Assembly (NCBI RefSeq): GCF_000143415.4
Contig: NW_003314299.1
Span: forward strand, 730,229-794,228
Direction of reading: 5' to 3'
Source: Selaginella moellendorffii
Taxonomy: Eukaryota > Plantae > Lycopodiophyta
Length of the DNA stretch: 64,000 nt
Shown here: positions 47,517 through 59,199 of the stretch, in pieces
How the letters are laid out: each line of letters opens with the position of its first letter
Numbering within the stretch: position 1 is the stretch's first letter
The notes under the pieces: generated by a model
What the model was told of the DNA's origin: nothing
Databases searched by the model: none
The model's input: the letters and a program-made list of their open reading frames with translations, nothing else
Position numbers and translations under genes: made by a program

Positions 47517-49473
47517 ATGATGGATAAGGTGCGCTCTTTCCCGATGGATTGCGATGGTGTCCAATGCCGCATTCTCGATTCCGATCGAAATTTCGTTGCA
47601 TCGAGAGGTTTCCGTGCTTGTTTGATCGCTTCTTTCGTTCGTGGGCCTGGATGATTGACGAGTCTGTGCTGTAGATACTTCTCTCTTGTCTCGAAATCCA
47701 TTAGCTTGGTGGCCTGGTAAATATTTCTCGGATCTTCTCTCAAAATTCATTTACTTTCTCTGTCTTGGATGAATTCCCGTGAATGCTTTATCCAGTCTTC
47801 ATGCCCGGAAATCTTCTTATCGCGAGTTTTTCTTGCTTGACAGTCTTCTTTTATCGTTTCAGGTGATCTTGTTTGGATCTTTCAGTGAAGATGAGGCGCT
47901 GTCGTTTCAAGAGTCCAAGTCCGCTTCGAAGCCAGTGGTTAAGAACGTAACTCCTGAGAAGAAGGCACCGGTGGACACAACAAAGACGAACGCGGGGCCA
48001 ACAAAGCCTTCCAACGGTGTAAAGCATATTGCGCCACCACCACAGCCGCAATCGCCGAAGGTTATCGCAGTAACTCCTATCAGGAACGTCGCCAGCCAGT
48101 TGGAGCGTACGTCCCTGAACCCCGAGAGACAACGCGAGCGTGATCCTGGCGCCTCGAAGACAGTCGCAAAGTCATGGGCGTCGCTGGTGCAACCAGCAGC
48201 TATCACGCCACGGGGGCTCGTGAACACCGGCAACTCTTGCTACCTGAATTCGACGCTCCAGGCGCTGTTGTCCTGTCCACCTTTCTTGCAGTTGGTGCTG
48301 ACGCTAAAAGGGAAAACACCTTCTCCGGTCAGTTAATTCACCTTCCTTTTAGCTCGTGATATGATGTTTTACGTTTCAGGAAAGTTTTCCGGCTCTGCAT
48401 GGCTTTGTCAGTTTGATCAGCGAGTTCGAGAAGGGCCCTTCATCAGAGACTAGATCCGACTCGTACTACCGAAAAGGAGAATCTGCAAACAAGGATGTTC
48501 AAACCGGAGTAGCGTTGGTACCGTCAATGTTCGATCCGTGCCTGGCAGCGTTCCGTCCAAACGAGCCAAGGAGGTTGGTTTTCAGCAATTGCTTGGCTTA
48601 GCAGAATTGACGTCCGTATTGTAGACAGGAGGATGCGCCAGAGTTCCTCTGCTTCCTGTTGAATCAAATACACGAGGAGCTTCTTAAACTGGATGGTCGA
48701 ACCGTTTCCGAGGCGGGTGTTGCTGTTGACGACGAGTGGGAGACAGTGGGTCCGAAAAATCGAACTGCTCGAGTCCGGACATGCAGTCGCATTTGGTCGC
48801 CTCTCACCGACATTTTTTGTGGACAGTTGTACAACAATGTCAAGCCAAAAGGTTCGTTGCATATAATCTAAGTTAAGATCGCTGATAGCTTTTAGGCAGG
48901 TAGCAAGGCCAGTATACAGGTCGAACCGTTCTACGTGTTGACTCTGGATATCAGTTCAGGAACAGTTCATTCCGTGGAGGACGCTTTGAAGGTTTGTCAA
49001 GTTCTCACCAGGGAAGGTATGGGAAGGTACCGACTCCTTTTATATTTTGCATTCCAGGACTCTAGCAGAGGCACCAAGGTGGTATCGCTGCCGAAGGTAC
49101 TCATTCTGCAGCTGCTGCGCTTTGGCTATGGGAACAGTGGAACGCGTAAGGTTTCCAGAGCTATCGATTTCTCCGAGCAGCTGACAGTCGGCAAAGAGCT
49201 CTTGTCTCCAGGCAACGAGGTTATACTAGTTGTCAAGATGCACTTTTATGTTACCTTACATTACATTTGTTTTACGCAATGCAGGCCACTTCGAGGTACG
49301 AGTTGATAGCAAGCATAATGCACCACGGCAAAGACGTGACAAGCGGGCACTACACAGCCGATGCGAAGTACGGCGATTCGTGGCTCCGATTCGACGACCG
49401 AATGGTTGACAAGGTGAGCGTGGACATGGTCTTGAACAAGCAGGCGTATGTTCTCTTCTACCGAAAGCTTTAG
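47517..49473 (+). CDS. UBP24: Ubiquitin-specific protease UBP24/USP10-like
   Basis: MMDK|VILFGSF start, Cys box GLVNTGNSCYLNSTLQALLSC, QEDA.EFL, DEWETVGPKN, His box HHG....GHY, WLRFDD, AYVLFY. Confidence 0.88.
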
Positions 49474-49609
49474 GAGGTAAGGGGATTTGTCGAGACTACA
49501 TTTTGACGGAGTTTTTTTGGAGACCGTGTGGGTCTGAGATACTACAAGACAGGAACTACTTCTAATCAACAAAACTTTTTTCGGCGACGCATTATCGGGT
49601 TCTATCTCT

Positions 49610-50576
49610 CTATGTAGAAGCGGCAGCAGCCTTGGCATCGAAGTCGTCAACATAGAACACATCCGGGTGGCCTTTGAAGTGAGCAGCGACAGCATATAGC
49701 ACGGTGACAGCACCGAGAACCGAGACGATGAGGAAGTTGAACTGGGAGTTTGCAAGTGACTGGCCGCGGGTCTCATACGCGGGGGCATCACACTTGATAC
49801 CAGTTTCGGAGCCTTTGCAGCCCAGTGGTACCCAGGATCCATAGAGTGCCATGGCGACGACGTAGAACCAGAGTCCCTGGAGAGTGATGGAGATGCCGCT
49901 GGCTAAGTCGACGATGAAGCTCTGAGGGAAGGCTGCCCCGAGGCACGAGAAGAGTATGCAGAGGCCGATGAGGTAGACGAGGAGCTCATGGTATCGTCCT
50001 TCCAGGCCGGCGTGCGTGGTGGAGTGGAAGTAGAAGAGCAGGAACTCGGCGGTGAAGGCCATGCCGGCGATGATGTTGAGAGCTCCCAGTGGAAGATGGA
50101 GCACCCTGCGCAAGCAAAAGGCTTTCGAGGTAAGTGAACTCGTCTTTCTCGATACAGCTTTTTCTCTTTTTGACTAGCTGCTGATTGGATGAATCGTGTC
50201 GAGCAGGGAAAAAAGAGGGAGATACGTACCCGGCAGCTTCGGTGAAGAGCGCGACGGCGCCGAGCACGAAGAACATGAGGAGCATTGCCGAGTGCTCGAA
50301 ATTGTTGAGGTGCTTGGCGTTGAGGGCTCCATCGACGAAGTACTGGAAGTGGGGGGAGTAGAAGAACTCGATGCAGAGGTCGAGGAGGGCGCCGAGGGTG
50401 ATGATGTAGAGCTCGAGGAAGCGGAGGGAGCCTGTGACCCTGGGGAGGGCGTGCCAGACGCGGCCCTGGAAGCCCTTTGGGTTGGAAACGTACTTGAGGA
50501 GGGAATTGAGGGTGTGCCAGATGCCCACGACCAGGAAGAGCGTGCCTGGGACTGCATGGCCTCGGAAAGATCCCAT
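49610..50576 (-). CDS. DUF716 / TMEM45-like membrane protein, 2 exons
   Basis: MGSFRGHAVPGTLFLVVGIWH, NNFEHSAM, EFLLFYFHST.H.GLEGRYH.LL, LQGLWF. Confidence 0.9.
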
Positions 50577-50941
50577 GGATTCCAATTGGGCGGGTGGCAC
50601 AGCAGGCAAGGATTGTGATTTGCGCGGACCAAATGATGGACCCAATCAATCCTGATCCGCGTTGCGCGCCGCCGCCATCATCACTTCCACACCGGCCGCC
50701 TTTTTCTTTTTTTTTTCTTGTTCTTGTTGCTGACAGAATATACTATCTTAGAATATTCTTTTGTATATTAAAAGCATTTTAGGGTTTTACAGGTGGACCC
50801 CATCCTGGTAAATTGAAAATTCTTAGATAAATAACAAAGTTATTGCTAATTTAAGTTTCTAACTTATTTGTGCCTTTAGTTTTATTAATCATAAAATATA
50901 TGTGAAATAGTAGGTTTTACATTATAATAGGTATATATATG

Positions 50942-51115
50942 TGTGAGGGCCAAGTGTACGGCTACAATGCCATATACTAATATTAGCGTAGTGGATTTTG
51001 GTAGCCGTCGGATTGGTTTCAATCCGGACCACTCGCTCTTGTATATAAGCTAGGGTTTTTGGGCTAATTGATATGCACATTTCTGTATTCCCTTTTCATA
51101 TTCCATGCACTCACA
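50942..51115 (+). repeat. 5' LTR
   Basis: Direct repeat of 55755-55928; contains TATATAA and TAGGGTTT. Confidence 0.95.
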
Positions 51116-51348
51116 TTGGTGGAGTTGAGGGGCACCTTTGATTGTCCCTGGGGAGTGCTTGGATTTGGGATTTCGGTTTAGATCTAGCTTTTGCATTGTC
51201 TAGATCTAGTTTTTTCCATTTCCTTTCTTTTGTTCTTTCCTTTCAGGATTTTGGTTTAGATATAGCTTTTTGCATTGTCTAGATCTACCATTTCTTTCCA
51301 GCTTTTTGTCATTTTTCTTCTTTTGCTCTTTCTTTTTCATTCATTTTC

Positions 51349-52281
51349 ATGGCCGATCCGCAATCTCCTCCTTTGACTCTAGAGCAGCAGTTGGTTCAAT
51401 TGCTTGATGCTATGCGCTTGCAGTTGAACAACCAAACTCAGTTGATGGCGGCGTTCACGGCACATGGTACAACTCCTCCTGCTTTTGGTGCCAATCCTCG
51501 CGTTCGGCCGGAGTTCTTTCGTGGGAATCCTGGGGATGATGTGTACCATTGGTTCGATCACTTCACGGTGATTGCCACATATCATTCTTGGGATGATGCT
51601 CGACGTTTGCGTGAGTTCCCCACATGTCTCCAAAGGATGGCATTGCAGTGGTACAATGGATTGAGCGTAGCTACTCGTGGCGATTGGAGTGTTCTTCCGG
51701 ACGTCTTCAAACGCGCCTTCAGACACGCCGACGATTGTGATGATGCCTTCCAACAATTGCATCGTCTTCACCAAGGGCCATCTGAGTCGGTGATGCAATT
51801 TGGCGTTCGTTTCCGAAGTCTTTTGCTTCGTGCGGAGCCAAATATGTCGGAGCGGATCAAGCTAGGAATGCTGTGGCCAGCACTTCGTCAAGATCTTGTC
51901 GGACTTGTGCATGCACTTGCTCCTGCCACTCTTGACGATGCTCTTCGCTTGGCACAACGTTATGAGACGTCGCCTCTTCCACTTCTTGCTACACGTCCTT
52001 CAGCTCCACTTCCTATGAGTGATGGTCCTGTTCCCATGGAGGTTGATGCTGCTGCTACTCGAGTCCAAGGACAAGGGCGAGGACGTGGTCGTGGCCGTGA
52101 CGTTCGTTGCTGGGTGTGTGATGAAGTTGGTCATACTTATCGGCGTTGTCGGCGCTTTCCGGATTGGCGACCTCCATTTCCTGGGTGGAGACCTTGGCGT
52201 CAGCAACGTCCCGTTGGTGCTGCTGCGGTGGAAGGTTTGGATACCGAGGTGCATTCGGGAAACGAGGAGTCGCGCGAGTAA
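51349..52281 (+). CDS. gag: Retrotransposon Gag
   Basis: Intact 310 aa ORF with LHQGPSESVMQF (MHR-like), PVPMEVD and CCHC knuckle CWVCDEVGHTYRRC. Confidence 0.92.
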   Translation: MADPQSPPLTLEQQLVQLLDAMRLQLNNQTQLMAAFTAHGTTPPAFGANPRVRPEFFRGNPGDDVYHWFDHFTVIATYHSWDDARRLREFPTCLQRMALQWYNGLSVATRGDWSVLPDVFKRAFRHADDCDDAFQQLHRLHQGPSESVMQFGVRFRSLLLRAEPNMSERIKLGMLWPALRQDLVGLVHALAPATLDDALRLAQRYETSPLPLLATRPSAPLPMSDGPVPMEVDAAATRVQGQGRGRGRGRDVRCWVCDEVGHTYRRCRRFPDWRPPFPGWRPWRQQRPVGAAAVEGLDTEVHSGNEESRE

Positions 52282-55200
52282 TGGAGGAACCTTGCGCGAA
52301 TAAGTTAGTGACCCCTCCATCTTTCTTTCGGGAGTATCATCAAGGGGTTCACTCGGCATCGGTTCATCCAGTGTTTACTTTCCAAGCTCGTTTTTATAAC
52401 AAGAGGTCTCCTATTCTTCTCTCCGTGTTGGTTGATACAGGTTCGAGTTTATCTTCTATTGCTCGACCTGTTGCCACACGTTGTCGTCTACACTTGCGTC
52501 GTGCGGCGGATCCAGTTTTCATTCTTTATGGCAACGGCCGTACACATGCATGTGCACGAGATGAGGCGGACCTGGTTGTGCGTGTGGGCGATCTCGAGCT
52601 TGAGTTGTAGTCGTTGCGGGTGGTGCCGAGTCAAGCTTTTGACCTCATTCTTGGTATGGATTAGTTGCAGCACAATCATGCCAAGTGTGACTTTGAGGCT
52701 TCTCCCCCTTGTCTCATACTTCCTTATGTTTCATCCATTCCTCTCACTTCCGTACCTCTTCGTCCCTCTACTTTTACCTCTGCTTCCATTACTTTTGTTC
52801 CCCCATTATTTCCTCTTGTGTTTCCATCTTGTTCTGCTCTTCCCTTTTCCGATCCCTCCGATGATCTTTGTGTTGCAGCTGTTGACCAGCTCATGAAGGA
52901 GTATTCTGATCTCTTTGAATTTGACCTATCATCTGGGGCCAAGATTGCCACACGTCATCCCATTCCAACCGGGGATGCTCGTCCAATCAAGGTTCCTGTT
53001 CGTCGTCGGTCACCCAAGGAGATCAAGATTTTACGTGCAAACGTCAAGGAGATGTTGGAGAAGGGTGTTATTCGGAAGTCGCGGAGTCCTTGGGCATGTG
53101 AATCTCATCTTGTGACGAAGCCTGATGGGAGTATTCGTTTCTGCATCGACTATCGTCCGTTAAATGAAGTGACGATCCCGGACGTGTACCCTCTTCCTCA
53201 CACTGCTGATCTCTTGGATCGTCTGGGGCGAAGTCGTTGGTTCACCAAGCTAGATCTTGCTTCTGGGTATTGGCAAGTACCGATGGCTGAAGAAGATATT
53301 CCTAAGACTGCTTTTCGTACACCATTTGATTTGTACGAGTTTTTGGTGATGCCGTTTGGTTTGAACAATGCTCCAGCAACTTTTCAGCGGATGATGGATG
53401 AGGTTCTTTGCGATATGCCGGAGGTGACGGCTGACTTCATTGATGATGTCTTGATCCACTCGGAGGGGACGTGGGAGGAGCATGTTCGTGATGTTTGTAA
53501 AGTGTTGGATCGGCTACGCGACGTTAGTTTAAAGCTGAAGCGGTCGAAGTGTGTGTTTGGGTCCAAGGACACAACTTATCTTGGGTACCGTATTTTTCGT
53601 GAGGGTTTGCAAGTTGATCCTGACAAACTTGTGGCTGTTCTAAAGTTCCCTACTCCGAAGTGTGTGAATGATGTGCAGCGCTTTTTGGGTAAGGTGCAGT
53701 ATCTCGGTCGTTTTGTGGATCATCTTTCCGATCGCACTATACCATTGTGAGCGTTGCTGAAGTCATCAACGTCATCTTTCATCTGGTCTCCCGATTGTGA
53801 GTGGGCGTTCGTGAATCTCAAAGAGCTATTGACGACTCCTCCGGTTTTGGCATATCCTGACTACACTCGACCTTTTATTTTGCACGTGGATGCTTTTGAC
53901 ATTGGTCTTGGAGGTGTGTTGATGCAAGAGAGCTCGAGTGTGCCTGGTCAACGCCATCCCATTGCATACATAAGCCGTACATTACAACCAGCGGAGATGA
54001 ACTACTCCACGACGGAGAAGGAGTGTTTAGCAGCAGTCTGGGGTTTCGAGAAACTTCATGCATATCTACATGGTTCTCGGACGTTACTTGAAGGTGACCA
54101 TGCTGCTGTTACTTCATTATTGAAGCGGAAGAACCTGGTTGGTCGTACGGCTCGATGGGCTTTGAAGCTTCAGATATATGATTTCGATGTTGTTCATCGC
54201 CCAGGGAGTTCTATGGCTGATGCTGATGCCCTTTCTCGAGCTCCTCTTCCTTCTCCACTCACTTCTCATGTTTCTGACGAACCTGTTGTTCCAGCATCTG
54301 TGGATTTTCTAGATGAGGATTCTGTGCCGTCGGCGGTTGCTGTCCTTGACGTTCAGTGTCCACAGGGCGTAGAGCAAGATCTACCTTCTCTGGATGAGGT
54401 TCGCGAGGCTCAAGCTTCGAGATGGGTTTGAGAATCCTGCATCACTTGCTGATGACTTGCCTTTTCGGCATTTACATTCTCAATATCGCCTTGAAGATGG
54501 CCTTCTTTATTTTGTGGGGACGGATCCTGATGATCATTTACGGCTGATGGTGCCTTTGGTGTTTATTCTGCGGTTTCTTCATGCCTACCATGATTCTCCT
54601 ATTCTAGGTGGGCATATGGGACACCGTCGTGTCACCGAGAAGCTGCGCAGATCTTTCTATTGGCCAGAGATGCGACGTGATATTATCCGGTATGTGTGTA
54701 GCTGCGTTTGGTGCCAAGCTCGTAATACTCCCCCTTGTGTTGCGGAAGGACGGTTGGAGTTAATTGCAGTTTCTCGTCCGTTTGAGTTGGTGGCGTTTGA
54801 TCTTATGGGACCTTTTCCGCGATCGACTGCTGGCAATGAGTATGTTATTATTGCTTCTGACTACTTGACTCGTTGGGTGGAAGTTGGTGCTCTTGCTAGT
54901 GCCTCTGCAACTACTGTTGGATACTTCCTCCTCAATCGAGTGGTGTTCCAGCATTCTTGTCCAAAGCGGATTCTTTCAGATAATGGTCCTGCATTTATGG
55001 CTGAGGTATTTCATGTTTTGACATCTCGGTTGGGGATACGCCACACTTTTACGAGTGCTTATCATCCACAATCCAACGGTCTGGTGGAACGGCTCGTTCG
55101 GACATTCAAAGGGATGATTGCGAAGTATGTGAACTTTCAACATTCGGATTGGGATGGTTATTTGCCGTCTCTTCAGTATGCTTATGTCACAGGGGTGCAG

Positions 55201-55722
55201 AGTTCTGTTGGTGCTTCACCATATAAACTTCTATATGGTCATGATCCAATATTACCAACAGAGCTGGGTTTACCTTCGCGATTGCCACGAGCTCCTGATG
55301 CTAGGTCATGGGATCAATATTTGACAAGCATTCTTCCACTTGTCCGAGTAGAGTCTGCTGAACACTTAGGCCGCGTACAAGTGGGACAATAACGGCGCTA
55401 CAATTCCCATCATCGTCCACCTGCGGAGTACAAAGTGGATGATTTGGTGTTAGTCCGTTTTCCCCATCTTACGGTACGTGGTTTATCTAAGGGGCTCCTT
55501 GTGCAGTGGAAAGGACCGTATCGGGTGTTGCGGCAAGTTGGACCACAAGTTTATGAGGTTCGGCATGACGTTCAGCAGGCCGATCCTCCGGAGATTGTGC
55601 ATGTGCAGCGGTTAAAACGCTTCATACAAAGGGATCAGGAGCAATTAATACTGTCTATAGATCCACCGATGCCTCCTCCTGACGTTCCTCCAGATCCCGG
55701 CCCATCTACAAGAGAACCCTGA
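52257..55722 (+). pseudogene. pol: Retrotransposon Pol (PR-RT-RNase H-IN) with premature stops and one frameshift
   Basis: LVDTGSS, RFCIDYR.LN, LDLASGYWQ, MPFGL.NAPATFQ, FIDD, NYSTTEKE, GH.G...CxxC, SDNGP, YHPQSNG.VER, GPY. Stops at 52608, ~52662, 53748 and 55390; frameshift ~54420. Confidence 0.92.
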
Positions 55723-55754
55723 CGGCCTTCCATTATTCTGAGAGGAGGGGATGA

Positions 55755-55928
55755 TGTGAGGGCCAAGTGTACGGCTACAATGCCGTATACTAATATTAGC
55801 GTAGTGGATTTTGGTAGCCGTCGGATTAGTTTCAATCCGGACCACTCGCTCCTGTATATAAGCTAGGGTTTTTGGGCTAATTGATATGCACATTTCTGTA
55901 TTCCCTTTCCATATTCCATGCACTCACA
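55755..55928 (+). repeat. 3' LTR
   Basis: Direct repeat of 50942-51115, preceded by a polypurine tract. Confidence 0.95.
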
Positions 55929-56049
55929 TATGTACTTTTTAAGATTAGAAGTTGGGAGTGACATTAGATTCACTTACATTAAAAAATCAATTCATTGGGA
56001 TGGATTGTGAGAGGCACTCAAAGATGCTAAGATGCTAATATATATACCT

Positions 56050-56098
56050 TGTGAGTGCATAAAATATGGAAATGAAATACAAAAATGTGCAAATTAGT
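56050..56098 (-). repeat. Decayed LTR end of the same family, inverted
   Basis: tgtgagtgcataaaatatggaaatgaaatacaaaaatgtgca is a diverged reverse complement of the LTR 3' end. Confidence 0.75.
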
Positions 56099-56375
56099 CT
56101 GTTGAACATTATGCTAAACTTTATAAATTTATGGTTTAACTTGCCACAACACTTGATATGGTCTCTTGCATTGAGCTAAAAGCCTTATGTAAGCAACCAA
56201 AGAAAACAACTTAAGAAACGATTTATAAAGTTTAAATATATAAAGAAAGGGCCTATGAATAAAAGTGCACCCTTTTTTCCAATTAATTAAAAATATTAAG
56301 ATACTTAAGGTTAAGTGTCCTTGGGTTTAAATAATACTAAGTTGAATAACCTTTTAGGAAGTCCACACTTAGGAG

Positions 56376-56679
56376 CTTACACCCCATAAATAAACCATAT
56401 ATTATAAAATTGGGAAAATAGACTAACACTAAGTTATCCACTTTGTACTCTGCAACTAAATGATGATGGGAATTGTAATATTATTGTTGTCCCATTTATA
56501 CATGACCTAAGTGTTCAGAAAGTTTAAACTCAAAAACTTACACCCCATAAACAAACCATATATTATAAAATTGAGAAAATAGATTAACACTAAGTTATCC
56601 ATTTTGTACTTTACAACTGGATGATGATGGGAGTTGTAACACCATGGTTGTTCCACCTATACATAGCCTAAGTGTTTAG
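56376..56679. repeat. Two-copy ~161 bp tandem repeat
   Basis: 56376-56518 matches 56537-56679 (cttacaccccataaa...cctaagtgtt). Confidence 0.85.
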
Positions 56680-56972
56680 TAGATTCCACTAAGATAAGTG
56701 GAAGAATGCTTGTTCAATACTTTGCATCAGTAGTTTATAGTAATTATGAAAGTAAATTCAACTTTATTGGTAGTATCAAATTATAACTATTTAGGAGTTT
56801 ATATGATGAAGCATCAACAAAACTCTGTATCCCTGTGACACATGTATACTAAAGAAATGATAAATAATCATCCTAATCCAAATGCTAAAAATTCAAATAC
56901 TTTACAATTATCCCTTTAAAGTCCAAACAAGTTGTTTCACCAAGCCATTTGTATATGAATAATAAACACTTA

Positions 56973-58796
56973 TGAACGTGTGCTTTAGTAACTTTCCAAC
57001 AGATGATGGACGAGGTTCTTTATTTATAGTAAAGATGACTATTGACTTTATCAATGATATCTTGATCCACTCAAAGAAGACATGGGTGAAGTATATCTAT
57101 GATGTTAGTAAGGTGTTAGATCGACTTTGAGAAGTTGATTTAAAAGTTAAAGTGGTTGAAGTGTGTATTTAGGTCTAAGGACATAACTTATCTTGGGTAC
57201 CGTATTTTTTATGAAGGTTTGTAAGTTGATTATAACAAATTTGTAACTATTCTAAAATTCTCTACTCTAAAGTGTATGAATTATGTGTAACACCTCTTAG
57301 GAAGGGTGCAATATCTCAATTGTTTTGTTGATCATTTTTTTGATCGTACTACACTATTTCCATCATTGTTGAAGTTATCATCTTCTTTCATTTTGTTTAA
57401 TGGGCATTTACAAATCTTAAAGAGTTATTGACATCTTCTTTAGTTTTAGCATATTTTGACACACTCAAACTCTCTTATATTAACACACCTCCAAGACTGA
57501 TATTAGAAATATCTACGTGTAAAATGAAATCTTGAGTGTGTTTAGTCAGTGCCATCCTATTATATATATCAACTGTATATTACAACTAGCAAAAGTGAAT
57601 TACTCCATAACAAATGAGTGTTTAGTAGTAGTTTGAGGTTTTGAGAAGCTTCATGCATATTTGTATTACTAAAAGGTATTCATGCTACAATTACTTCATT
57701 ATTGAATGGAAGAACTTGATTGCTTGATCTAAGGTTGTTCATCACCCAGAGAGTTCTATGGCTAATATTAATACCCCTTTTTGAGCTCATCCTTTTTTCA
57801 AGAGTACCATCAAATGATTCACTTGGCACCAGTTTATTCAGTGTTTACTTTTCAAATTCATTTTTGTAACAAAAGGTTTCTTATTATTCTCTCTATATTA
57901 GTTGATATTAGCTCAAGTTTATCTCCTATTTCTCAGCCAATTGTCACACATTGCCATCTATAGTTACATCATGTTATAGATTTAGGTCGTATATATGCAT
58001 ATGCATAAGATGAGGCAAACCTAGCTGTGCATGTGGGAAATTTTAAGCTTGAATTTCAACAATTATAAGTGGTGTTAAGTCAAGCTTTTAACTTTATCCT
58101 TAATATGGATTAGTTGCAGCAAAATCATGCCAAATGTGACTTTGAGACTTCTTTTCTTGTATTATGCTTTTTATATCTTTTCCATTTCTTTCACTTTTGT
58201 TTCCCTTTTTCCCTTCATTTTTACCTTTGCTTTCATCATTTTTGTTTTCCCATTACTTTTTACTATATTTCCATCTTTTCCTTTTTAAATCCCTTTTTTA
58301 GTCTTTATGTTGCAATGGTGGACCGACTCAAGAAAGAGTATATTGATCTTTTTGACTTTGACATGTTATTTGGGGCCAAGATTTCAATACATCATCTTGT
58401 TCTAACTGAGGATGTTTGTCCAATCAAAGGTCCTATCTGGGTGTTAGTCACAAAAGGAGATTAAGATTTTATGTATGAACATTAAAGAGATGTTAGAAAA
58501 GAGTGTTATCCAAAAGCCTCAAATGAACCTCATTTTATGACAAAACTTGATGGGAGTATTTACTTTTGCATTGACTATTATTCATTGAACGAAATGACTA
58601 TTTTGGATGTTTACCTTCTTTCTCATACTACTAATCTCTAGAATCATCTGGAGAGAAGTCATTAGTTCACCAAATTATATATTATTTCTAGGTATTGGGA
58701 AGTGCTGATGGTTGAGAAAGATGTTCCCAAAATTGTTTTTCATACACCATTTGATTTGTATGAATTATTGATGATGCTATTTGGTTTGAACAATAC
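56973..58796 (+). mobile_element. Eroded, circularly permuted pol fragment of the same gypsy family
   Basis: 56973-57787 aligns to 53362-54243 (RT C-terminal half, RNase H); 57788-58796 aligns to 52318-53371 (PR, RT N-terminal half). Confidence 0.88.
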
Positions 58797-59199
58797 CATA
58801 GAGATGTTAAAACATGAAATGCCTTAGCCATAAATGCAAAACCATTATTTAAGAGAATCTGCTCTAGACAAAAATGTCAAAACATCACTCAATAAAGGAA
58901 GAAGTATCTAACATCAATCACTAACACACTAACAAGAGCTTTAACTTTCACCTAGTGAGTGGAGTAGTTGGAGGCAATAATGATGTACTTATTGCCAAAA
59001 GTCAATTATGGAAAAAGCCCCATCAAATCAAATGCTATCAACCCAAATGAATAAGAAATTGTAATTGACTTTAATTGTCTTTCTATAGCACAAAGGGGAG
59101 TATTATGAGCTTAGCACCAAAAACAATTATGCATATACTGAATAACATCACGTCATATCTTCGATTAATAAATGCAACTTTTTAGTCATACACCGATGT

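Larger units (their letters stand above)
50942..55928 (+). mobile_element. Full-length Ty3/gypsy LTR retrotransposon, non-chromovirus, pol disrupted
   Basis: LTRs 50942-51115 and 55755-55928 (174 bp, TG...CA, 4 mismatches), TATG on both flanks, PBS 51117-51132, PPT ~55740-55750, order gag-PR-RT-RH-IN. Confidence 0.97.
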
